The translations under genes were made by a program, and so were the position numbers. Below the pieces are notes generated by a model. It saw nothing but the letters and a program-made list of their open reading frames with translations. It was not told the origin of the DNA and did not search any database. Positions 51,701 through 62,783 of a stretch of 64,000 nucleotides of DNA are shown here, one piece after another. Within the stretch, counting starts at the first letter, position 1, and each line of letters starts with the position of its first letter. Source of the DNA: Yuukianura sp. NJ FZ-2021 (lineage: Eukaryota); contig JAJCTO010000009.1 in NCBI GenBank assembly GCA_046563655.1, positions 124,001 to 188,000 on the forward strand, written 5' to 3'.

Positions 51701-54700
51701 TAGACTTATGCACTTGTGGTATGGTGGAGCTGTGCTAAAATACAATTTCGGACTATTGTTGGGCAGAAGTTTTCAGACATGATCTATTTAATGTGCAAGT
51801 CGGTAGAAAATATTAAAAAGTATTTTCCAAAAATTTTATCCAAAAATGGCCAAAAATGCTGAATCTTCAATTTTGATTTAGAAAATGTAATAGTCGGTTT
51901 TTCCCTGAAGTTCGATTGAAGTGTGAGTTGTCATGATTCATGGTGTCAAAATGAGAACTCATTGTTTGCATCTAAAGTGAAGGCATGCTTGACACTTTAC
52001 CGGCACTTCTAGTTTAAGCTCAAGGATGGAGGCTGACAACATGTTTTTCAACGTGTGATTTAGTCAGTTATGCACTACGACGAAGTGGACCGTTATTTGA
52101 TGAATACCAAGAATTTTTGTATAAGCGGTAAAAAGGCATAAGTTCCATTTTTCACAACATTTAACACCTTGTTGTATAGTTTCAACCCTAAGTTAAACCT
52201 AAATCGTAGTTAGACTTATGCACTTGTGGTATGGTGGAGCTGTGCTAAAATACAATTTCGGACTATTGTTGGGCAGAAGTTTTCAGACATGATCTATTTA
52301 ATGTGCAAGTGGGTAGAAAATATTAAAAAGTATTTTCCAAAAATTTTATCCAAAAATGGCCAAAAATGCTGAATGTTCAATTTTGATTTAGAAAATGTAA
52401 TAGTCGGTTTTTCCCTGAAGTTCGATTGAAGTGTGAGTTGTCATGATTCATGGTGTCAAAATGAGAACTCATCGTTTGCATCTAAAGTGAAGGCATGCTT
52501 GACACTTTACCGGCACTTCTAGTTTAAGCTCAAGGATGGAGGCTGACAACATGTTTTTCAACGTGTGATTTAGTCAGTTATGCACTACGACGAAGTGGAC
52601 CGTTATTTGATGAATACCAAGAATTTTTGTATAAGCGGTAAAAAGGCATAAGTTCCATTTTTCACAACATTTAACACCTTGTTGTATAGTTTCAACCCTA
52701 AGTTAAACCTAAATCGTAGTTAGACTTATGCACTTGTGGTATGGTGGAGCTGTGCTAAAATACAATTTCGGACTATTGTTGGGCAGAAGTTTTCAGACAT
52801 GATCTATTTAATGTGCAAGTGGGTAGAAAATATTAAAAAGTATTTTCCAAAAATTTTATCCAAAAATGGCCAAAAATGCTGAATGTTCAATTTTGATTTA
52901 GAAAATGTAATAGTCGGTTTTTCCCTGAAGTTCGATTGAAGTGTGAGTTGTCATGATTCATGGTGTCAAAATGAGAACTCATCGTTTGCATCTAAAGTGA
53001 AGGCATGCTTGACACTTTACCGGCACTTCTAGTTTAAGCTCAAGGATGGAGGCTGACAACATGTTTTTCAACGTGTGATTTAGTCAGTTATGCACTACGA
53101 CGAAGTGGACCGTTATTTGATGAATACCAAGAATTTTTGTATAAGCGGTAAAAAGGCATAAGTTCCATTTTTCACAACATTTAACACCTTGTTGTATAGT
53201 TTCAACCCTAAGTTTAACCTAAATCGTAGTTAGACTTATGCACTTGTGGTATGGTGGAGCTGTGCTAAAATACAATTTCGGACTATTGTTGGGCAGAAGT
53301 TTTCAGACATGATCTATTTAATGTGCAAGTCGGTAGAAAATATTAAAAAGTATTTTCCAAAAATTTTATCCAAAAATGGCCAAAAATGCTGAATCTTCAA
53401 TTTTGATTTAGAAAATGTAATAGTCGGTTTTTCCCTGAAGTTCGATTGAAGTGTGAGTTGTCATGATTCATGGTGTCAAAATGAGAACTCATTGTTTGCA
53501 TCTAAAGTGAAGGCATGCTTGACACTTTACCGGCACTTCTAGTTTAAGCTCAAGGATGGAGGCTGACAACATGTTTTTCAACGTGTGATTTAGTCAGTTA
53601 TGCACTACGACGAAGTGGACCGTTATTTGATGAATACCAAGAATTTTTGTATAAGCGGTAAAAAGGCATAAGTTCCATTTTTCACAACATTTAACACCTT
53701 GTTGTATAGTTTCAACCCTAAGTTTAACCTAAATCGTAGTTAGACTTATGCACTTGTGGTATGGTGGAGCTGTGCTAAAATACAATTTCGGACTATTGTT
53801 GGGCAGAAGTTTTCAGACATGATCTATTTAATGTGCAAGTCGGTAGAAAATATTAAAAAGTATTTTCCAAAAATTTTATCCAAAAATGGCCAAAAATGCT
53901 GAATCTTCAATTTTGATTTAGAAAATGTAATAGTCGGTTTTTCCCTGAAGTTCGATTGAAGTGTGAGTTGTCATGATTCATGGTGTCAAAATGAGAACTC
54001 ATTGTTTGCATCTAAAGTGAAGGCATGCTTGACACTTTACCGGCACTTCTAGTTTAAGCTCAAGGATGGAGGCTGACAACATGTTTTTCAACGTGTGATT
54101 TAGTCAGTTATGCACTACGACGAAGTGGACCGTTATTTGATGAATACCAAGAATTTTTGTATAAGCGGTAAAAAGGCATAAGTTCCATTTTTCACAACAT
54201 TTAACACCTTGTTGTATAGTTTCAACCCTAAGTTAAACCTAAATCGTAGTTAGACTTATGCACTTGTGGTATGGTGGAGCTGTGCTAAAATACAATTTCG
54301 GACTATTGTTGGGCAGAAGTTTTCAGACATGATCTATTTAATGTGCAAGTGGGTAGAAAATATTAAAAAGTATTTTCCAAAAATTTTATCCAAAAATGGC
54401 CAAAAATGCTGAATGTTCAATTTTGATTTAGAAAATGTAATAGTCGGTTTTTCCCTGAAGTTCGATTGAAGTGTGAGTTGTCATGATTCATGGTGTCAAA
54501 ATGAGAACTCATCGTTTGCATCTAAAGTGAAGGCATGCTTGACACTTTACCGGCACTTCTAGTTTAAGCTCAAGGATGGAGGCTGACAACATGTTTTTCA
54601 ACGTGTGATTTAGTCAGTTATGCACTACGACGAAGTGGACCGTTATTTGATGAATACCAAGAATTTTTGTATAAGCGGTAAAAAGGCATAAGTTCCATTT

Positions 54701-55248
54701 TTCACAACATTTAACACCTTGTTGTATAGTTTCAACCCTAAGTTAAACCTAAATCGTAGTTAGACTTATGCACTTGTGGTATGGTGGAGCTGTGCTAAAA
54801 TACAATTTCGGACTATTGTTGGGCAGAAGTTTTCAGACATGATCTATTTAATGTGCAAGTCGGTAGAAAATATTAAAAAGTATTTTCCAAAAATTTTATC
54901 CAAAAATGGCCAAAAATGCTGAATCTTCAATTTTGATTTAGAAAATGTAATAGTCGGTTTTTCCCTGAAGTTCGATTGAAGTGTGAGTTGTCATGATTCA
55001 TGGTGTCAAAATGAGAACTCATCGTTTGCATCTAAAGTGAAGGCATGCTTGACACTTTACCGGCACTTCTAGTTTAAGCTCAAGGATGGAGGCTGACAAC
55101 ATGTTTTTCAACGTGTGATTTAGTCAGTTATGCACTACGACGAAGTGGACCGTTATTTGATGAATACCAAGAATTTTGGTATGAGCGGTAACAAGGCATA
55201 AGTTCCATTTTTCACAACGTTTAACACCTTGTTGTATAGTTTCAACCC
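30785..55248. repeat. 510-bp satellite, right block (about 48 units)
   Basis: Continuous tandem 509-511-bp units. The array ends at ...TTTCAACCC. Confidence 0.98.
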
Positions 55249-55289
55249 AATTGTAAAACTAATTTTAATTTCTACAAAATTTAGTCTAC

Positions 55290-55354
55290 CAAGGTAGGGC
55301 AATGCTCAAGGGTTGAGCATAGGTCTTCTGGAGGGAGTTGGCAATTGATACGAC
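55290..55354 (-). mobile_element. Inverted copy of the Helentron 3' terminus
   Basis: Reverse complement of 7314-7378 with 4 mismatches over 65 bp. Confidence 0.88.
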
Positions 55355-55587
55355 ATTTAGACCGGCCTACCAGAAAACTGTGGACAAACTGAGAAACCGT
55401 TTCATGGAATTGAAGCTCTAAACTTCACTGAAAACTTTCAATGCGAATGTGAGATCCTATTTGGGGATGAGTTTCACAAAAATTGTCTTGGCAATTTTAC
55501 TGTTTAATTGAACCAAAATCATGTTAAATTTTTGAGGCCCAAAATATCAGCACTGAATTGATGGTGTTAATTTGGTGTGCACAAAAT

Positions 55588-55699
55588 GCACAAAATTGAA
55601 CGTTTAGGAGAAGGGGTCGAATATCGTTCTTGATTGAACTTTCAATTGTGTGCATCATGCACAAAATTGTACGTTGTGGGGTAGGGGTCGAATATCGTT
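55588..55699. repeat. Two imperfect direct repeats, period about 71 bp
   Basis: GCACAAAATTG.ACGTT....G..AGGGGTCGAATATCGTT occurs twice. Confidence 0.7.
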
Positions 55700-55729
55700 T
55701 CTTTAAAATCAAAATCATAAAAATTCCTT

Positions 55730-56008
55730 GTGAATGCAAATTTGACCCATTTCATTCACTATTCACATATTAAACATTTAAGCCGGATTTTCTACCCTCT
55801 AACTAGGCTTAAATTAACAATGTGAATAAACATACTGTCAGCAAATGAAAGGGTCATAACTTCGTTGTTTAAATAAATTTTAAGTATAATCGAAACCAAA
55901 AAATGGCGGGAAACGACAACACTGCGTGTGCCTGGTTACAGGGTAGAAAATCCGGCTTAAATGTTTAATATGTGAATAGTGAATGAAAGGTGTCAAATTT
56001 GCATTCAC
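55730..56008. mobile_element. Foldback/MITE-like element with 69-bp inverted arms
   Basis: 55730-55798 and 55940-56008 are reverse complements with 2 mismatches. No clear TSD. Confidence 0.7.
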
Positions 56009-56191
56009 TATGTTTGATACGACTTTGTCTGTCCGTCCGTCCGTTTTTTTAGAAATCTTTCCACTGAAACATAAGGCCTATCCCGTTCGGGGGGTTATGT
56101 ACGACTCAAGCGTTTCCATTGTATCTCCATTGCACTCAGAGTGTTAGATTAACAACGTAGAAGTGGGCGGACAATTTACGCACACTCAGTG

Positions 56192-56997
56192 TAGGGGTTG
56201 CAAAGTCGAACGAATTCTCAAAGTCGACTTTCGACTCTGGAACTTGAGTTTCGACTCTAGAGTCGACTTTGGAGTCGACTTTGGAGTCGACTTTGGAGTC
56301 GATTTTGAATCTTCAATAGAAAACTAAATTGGGCATCCCTTTAGGGGTCTCAAAACCGTAACATTTTCAAAAATCCGCATTTCGGAGATTTCCCGACCAA
56401 AACCGGTTTCTGATAAGTGCATGGCAAAGGCCCAGAATAATTTTTTTGAGATTATTTTTACTAAGCAACAATAAACTTGGCTTTACACACCGAAGCGTAA
56501 GTAAATGTAGATTAATGGGGTTAAACTGTTCAAAATTTTTTGCGTAGTTACTTGAACTTCTTTAAATACCTATTATTACACGAAAACTTTAAAAACAAAA
56601 TTTCTGTTCAAATCTTTTTTCTTCTGAAAAAAAAATACAAATTTGAACATGTTAAATAAGGTTTCTAGATTTCCTCTACACTGAACAAAGTTGACTAGTT
56701 AAAATTAAAAATTTTATTGGGCCCTAAAAAAGTAAAAATGCTCTAAAATATAGTCAAATCCGGATTCAAAATTTTCAAATCCGAATCCCGCCAATCCGCC
56801 AAAAGGAAATTGACAATTTTTTAAAGGATTTACAAAGCTTAGAAGTTAAGTTAGAAGTCGCTTTCCGAGGCTCAAATCACCTCATTTTTTAAGCTAAAGT
56901 CGACTTTCGTAGGTCGTAAAGTCGACTTTCTACTTTCCAAAAAATGGTCAAGAAATCGACTTCGACTCGACTCTCAAAGTCGACTTTGCAATCCCTA
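56192..56997. mobile_element. Non-autonomous hAT-type element (806 bp)
   Basis: 18-bp TIRs TAGGG(G/A)TTGCAAAGTCGA. Perfect 8-bp TSD ACTCAGTG (56184-91 and 56998-57005). Subterminal GTCGACTTT repeats at both ends. Confidence 0.92.
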
Positions 56998-57476
56998 ACT
57001 CAGTGTAGTCGTTTTCCGGAAACGTTTTGGTTTCGATTACACTCAAAATATTTTTAAATAACGAATTTTTGATCTGGTCATTTTCTGGCAGTATGTATAT
57101 GGAGTATTTAAAACTGTTCATAGCTGTTTCAACATTTTGATGCAAACGGCTTTTAAACATTATTTTGAAACTGCTTGATTGAAGCTATGCTTTCTAATAT
57201 ATTGTCATGGCAACATGGACAATGCAGTTGCAGGTTGTTTAGTAAGATTGCTATCAATCAGGTCTAGGAAGTTTGTATCATTTTGAATTTAAACAAACGA
57301 TGTGCGACCGCTCAACCTCGAGCTTCAATTTTGTTCGAACGCAGTGTACCCTTCAAGATATAAAGCTTTGACAATTCTTTGACTATTCATTCATTCAAGT
57401 GCTTAATTTATAGTTTAACTCATAGTACTCAGTTCTACATTGCGGCGACGGTTGTCAAGTCTAGAGGCGTAGGCGG

Positions 57477-58091
57477 TTAGGAAGCGCTGGATGCGTCTGC
57501 CAAATCTTGATCCATTTGTTCCTTTTTGAGTCGACTGAGTAGGTTCATCATGGTTTGCGATGCGTCTGGCACACTGTCCCACGCCTTCTTAAATCCCAGG
57601 TGTTTGGAGTCCGGGAGAATGTTAACAATTGTGGTAACAACAATAAGTTCGTCCATTTTGATGCCGACTTCTGATAGATCGCGCCAAAGCTGTTCTACTT
57701 CTGAGTATGTAGTGACGAGGTCATCACCAGGCTTCATCCTGTAGTTCATGAACCTGGCGAGAGTCTGCTGCTTGTTCATCTGACTGGAGTCAGAATTCAT
57801 GTCCTTCAATTTCTCGAACATGTCTCGTGCAGTTGCGCAGCCGTAAATATGCGTTGTCTGGCGGGCATCAAGCGTAGGGACAATAACGGCTCGCGCTTGG
57901 ACGTCTTTCTACCGCCAAGCGTTTCGTTGGGATTCAGCGGCAGTTTCGGCAGGGCGTGGAGTGGTGCCCGTAACCACGTCCAGAAGATTTCCAGCTTCCA
58001 AGAGGAGAGAAATTTGAAGCTTCCAGCGCTGGTAGTTGGTACCGTCAAGCTTGATAATTGACCTTGGATCTAGCAGACCTTTCGTTTCCAT
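57477..58091 (-). pseudogene. gag: Ty1/Copia gag fragment with an in-frame stop at 57909-57911
   Basis: KLDGTNYQRWK, LLDVVTG, TARDMFEKL, IVNILP are Copia Gag hallmarks. The two track ORFs are in one frame separated by TAG. No pol follows. Confidence 0.85.
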
Positions 58092-58509
58092 CGTACGTTA
58101 CCTTACACCGCAGTGCTACACAGTTCAAACCGAGTACTTCGCTTTGGTCTTACTTTCACCCGTAGGATTTGTGGTTTTCCTCCAACTAGACAGTAATAGT
58201 TATGAACCAATCACGTGCCAATTTCAACCACTACACGAGTGGAGCTGTTGACAGAACTGAACAATTACCCAGTTAAAGAGTACTAAGCACGTACGAAAGC
58301 TACCGCCACTACTGGATTTGGATTTTCCCTGCTGTGGCTTAGGTGTGCCGTGATACTTGGTTCTGCTTTCTCGAACCGATGCGACGTTATGACAGAGACA
58401 GATCTCAAATGGGAATAGATACCAAATGATTACGCTTACGTTTGACCAAAGGGGAGGGGCCTCGCACAACCCGGACTCCCTATCCAATGACTTTGGTCAC
58501 TGAAGTACC

Positions 58510-58770
58510 TTTGACGTTCGGTTCACTTTCGGTCTGGTACGGCTTCGTTTCGTTTCGGTACAATTTCCGTTCGGTGAGGTTCGGCACGGTTCGGCACGGT
58601 TCGGCACGGTTCGGCTTTGGTTCGGCACAATTCGGTACGGTACAGCTTCGGTTCGGTTTGTTCCGCTTCAATTCGGGTTTACTTTGTTTCGATTCGATTC
58701 CGTGGGACTTCGTTTCGTTTCGGTTCAATTCGGGTGGACTACGTTCCGGTTCGGTTCCGTGAGACTTTGC
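58510..58770. repeat. Degenerate pentamer (TTCGG/CGGTT) low-complexity tract
   Basis: CGGTTCGGCA x3 and many TTCGG/TTCGT variants. Confidence 0.75.
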
Positions 58771-59206
58771 TTTGATCCGGCTCAATGCAATGCACAATTC
58801 ACAAAAAAACGTTCAATTCACAGCTTACTTTCGGGGTGACTCGCTTCAATTCCACTTCAAGCACAATTTTGGACGATTTGATGCACTTCAGTCGCTTAGG
58901 TTTCACTTACAATCAGCGTGGAGGAACTGGAGCACTTCTGTAGAGACGCTGACTTCAGTCAACTGAGTTCACTTTCAGCACAATTCCACTTAGAGTCAGT
59001 TTTGCAAAGACTGGACGTTTTATACAGCGGCTAGATGCAGACTTTTACTCACGTTTTTTTTTCTTTGAAAATCTGCGATTTAAACTCTAATTTACTTCTC
59101 AAAATTTTTAACTGACTTAGGAGACTCTAACTCCTTTTAAATTAAGGGAAAATTAACTTTTTAATACGAAATCAAGACTCTAACTTGAAATTTTCGTTAA
59201 AACTCT

Positions 59207-59300
59207 GCCCTCTGCTACCACTGTTAGGAAAAATTCTCTGCAGAATTTTTCCTACGGATGAATTCAAATTTTAGTTTACTAGTTTATTCAAATAAAATAG
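59207..59300 (-). mobile_element. LTR-retrotransposon PBS (initiator tRNA-Met) and adjacent LTR end
   Basis: Minus strand reads ...CCTAACA-G-TGGTAGCAGAGG, complementary to the tRNAiMet 3' end. Minus-strand AATAAA at about 59283. The distal LTR boundary is not resolved. Confidence 0.7.
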
Positions 59301-59684
59301 GCAGAGTGACGATCAAAGACAAAATCAGACTGTGTTTTAAAATGTGGAAGAAATGATATTTAAAGGCTTCTGAAACAATGTCGAGGAGTAAGAAAAGTTA
59401 CAAGTTACTCCTCCGAAAATATACATACAACAATGAGGGCCTTGAGTGGCCAAACGAAATAGAGAATTGAAGGGCAATGTTCCAAATGGAAATAGGAGTT
59501 CATGGAAAGAAAACTGACTCATGAGTGAATCACGGTCCAAAGAGTTAAACTTAAAGTTAAGAAAAATTTATTTTCAACAAATATTTTTGTTGTATTTATT
59601 GTTATAAGTAAAGATTAAATTTCATTTTTTTAATTAATCACTTTGTATGAGAATCGATTACGATTTTGTTTTAATAGTCGATTA

Positions 59685-60935
59685 TTAATGTTGTAAGATT
59701 CGATTAAGTGTTTCAGCTTCGGCGGCTTCAAACCACTCTGACAAGTCCTTTGCCAAGTTGTTATACTTTCCCACTAACATCAAATCGCCAGGATTGCAGT
59801 CAATTGAGTTGACACCATTGTAACTAGAAATCTTCACGAGCTTGAACAAGATAATTTCAAAAGGAGCAACTTGCACGGTTTCGGTCATATCATTCCATAG
59901 CTTTGCAGTAAACTTTCCAGTCTTGTCCACAAGAGTAAGTTGACGAAGTCTGCATGTTGGGAACTCTTTGACATCTTCAATTTCAATTACCAGACCCGCC
60001 ATGTCAACATATTGTCCGGCTGACATCAAATTGAGGTCTTCCGAGTCGATCGGAGTGATCTTTACTACATGAGCATATCCTTTGGGTGCAGTGATGACGG
60101 TGGTTTCAGTGCTACTGGCATCAAAGGATGAGTTTGTCAATTTATTTCTGTTGTCCTTTGGCCGCAGTAAAAAGTTTTCGATTCGCACAAAAGCGTTGAT
60201 CTGAAACAGATAATCTGAGAATTATTAACATATTGTAAAAATAGTTTGCTATTACCTGAAGCAGGGACTCCCATTGTGGTTTCATTACTCCGAATAACGT
60301 GAACTGGATCTCCCCGGACTCGTCACCAAAAACAAAATGCTGCAGTTGGCCTCCGTTCCCGTACGCCATTGGTCGTGCAACCTTCAACACGAGGACTTGG
60401 ATTACACGAGATGTAACTGGAAGGTTAGGATGCAGCTGCTTCACAGCGATCACGGGAAGTTCAGCTGGGTCCTCGTTTGATTTCACTTGAGCTTTTTCAA
60501 TCTGGCTTTTCCACTGCTGAAACGGCGACATGCAACTTTGAGTAGCGCTAGAACCAGGCATGGGTTCACTCAGAGTTGATTCACAGCGATTTGCTTAATA
60601 AATAAAAAATTATTAGTCGCAGCACTATAAACGCCACATGTATGTTAAGTTTTCAAAGTACTTGTAGCAATTACCTGAGGGTTGGACAGTATGTTCCGGA
60701 ATTGGTGCAATGAAAGCGCCGCTATCACTCACATCACTGGCATTTTGAGCATGATCAATAGTAGCGTCACACTTTTCGTTTTCTATTAAATAAATGAACG
60801 ATTTGCAAAAAATGTATATTTACGATGTTGAAAATTTGTTCTATTTTAAGAATTACCATCTGTGTCTTGCAGTTTCAGAACCTTCGGAGCAGGTACGCCT
60901 TTGGTATTAGAGCACCCCTTCTTCTTAGGTGGCAT
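59685..60935 (-). CDS. RPA70-like OB-fold protein, second copy (4 exons; last exon 60200-59685)
   Basis: Same exon structure as 4598-5879. Exons 1-3 are near-identical. Exon 4 has the same length (516 nt) but is diverged and open. Confidence 0.78.
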
Positions 60936-61515
60936 ATTGTCCCTTTACGACGAGATACTTGACAATGATGTTGAAAAGTTACTAAGATTTAATGGAGGTC
61001 ACTTTGATCAAGGCAAATCTGAACGAACTTCAACGGACTAAATCGGCTGCAAAATGGTTTTTGTTAACAAATTCGAAACGTATTTTAGGACTAATTCTTA
61101 TAAACATTAAAAAATAAACATTGGTTTTGTTGTGATGACGACTTCTTTACTATATTCGTATATACATAATTTTGTAATTAACTAATTTATTTTATATCAT
61201 TCGAATAGATAAAAATTTAAAAAATGTCGTCAGACAGTTTTGTTGCTTCATTCGTGTTCAATTTCTATATATTTTTACATTCACCCATGTTTTTTGTTGA
61301 GAAAAGTTAACAAAGTTTGAAGTATTCCGAAATAAAATTTTTTTACCTTTGTACCTCATGAACCGTCATCATAACAACTGGGTAGATGTATTGATGTTTA
61401 CAAACAATTATGGAAATCTTCTACAATTTTAACATTTTCTGTACATAAAATTGATTTGAAAAAATCAAGTTGATTTAATTCTAAAGTTAGCTATCAAATA
61501 AGATTTAAAGCTAAA

Positions 61516-62549
61516 ATGGCTTTAATGTTCTTTAATGGTATTGAAAGTTACGAGCTAAATAGGATCATCGCCGAAGACAAAGGCCGGTACGGCGAAAAGT
61601 TCAAGTTCCTTGAAGATGGAGAAGCAATTGTGGAGATGGAAGGATACACAGTGGTCGTAGCAGAGTAACGGAAACAATTATACTCCAGAAAAGTTGTCTC
61701 ATTTCCAAAATTACAGCAAGAAGACCGAAAAATTTTCATGCCGATAGCTTTCCTGACACACGGAGAAGTAGAAGAAACTGCCCATGATCACCTATCATTA
61801 CTGTATGTTGACGTGGACGCAGGAAGAGCCATCTAGTTTTGTCAACTAAAAGGTGACATTCATGAGAAGGCGGTAAAAACAAATATGATGATTCGGTTGA
61901 GAGCCTGCTACCCTGGAGCACCAATCAAGATCACGAAATATCGTTTTCCAAACAACGTACGCCAATACTACCCAGATTCATGTGCATTATTCGCTATATG
62001 GATTATGCGTCAGGTCATCAAGTTACAGGGACAAAATTTGGATTCAATTCGCCTTCCGACATTCGCTCAGATGCATTCGCTCAGAAAATCATTAAACTTG
62101 CAACAGGACCAAAAACAAACGTCAAACAATAATCGAAGTCTCACCGAAATTGACAAACTTTCAAAATCGAAAGTAAGCCTAAATTTTGTTTTAAAGATGT
62201 TTGTTTACTAAAGCGTACTTTTTGTTTTGTTTCGTCTCAGAATAAGGTATACTTGCAGCAGAACATGTCAACTCAGGAAGGAAATAATACTGCGGAGAAT
62301 TGTGATCCGGATGTAGAGTCAAGTCAAAGCAATGGTGCTAAGAGGGTCAGATTCACAATTCAACAATCTCAGTCATTTTCCAATTCTTTTGGCATTGCTG
62401 CCGCAATCAGTACAACATCCTTAGCTTCAATTGGTACAGACACCAAAACGGACTTCAGAGCTGGCGTTCTGAAAGATGTGCAACTTTCTACATCTCTGAA
62501 CGTCGTCAATCGATCGATCTCCAAACGTAGTTCTCAAGGACACTACTAA
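61516..62549 (+). pseudogene. Clan-CE protease-like paralog with two in-frame stops
   Basis: MALMFFNGIES... aligns with 6488-7150 (KQLYS, THG, DHLSLL, KTN.MIR, QYYPDSC). Stops at TAA 61666 and TAG 61834. Probable intron 62173-62240 before a final exon. Confidence 0.7.
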
Positions 62550-62783
62550 CAACGCATGTCGTCGCACTTTGTCTAATGTTTGTGCTAACCAGAAATCAAT
62601 GAGTCACGAAATGATATATTACAGTTGAAACTTATTAGTCCTTAGTTTAGTTTTCTTATATTTTTGAAATAAAACTTCCGCTACGGTTTGAAAAGAATTA
62701 AACACTCCATTTTTTAAAGTCCTATAAATAGTCAACTCTCTCCAGAAGACCAATGCTCAACCCTTGAGCATTGCCCTACCTTG

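Larger units (their letters stand above)
59555..62783 (+). mobile_element. Second, 5'-truncated Helentron copy (no RepHel left)
   Basis: Same order as 4500-7378: antisense RPA-like gene, protease-like gene, identical hairpin and CCCTACCTTG|TT end. Confidence 0.85.

Noticed and set aside
58442..58797. ORFs on both strands of the TTCGG tract
   Set aside because: Low-complexity pentamer repeats lack stops by composition.
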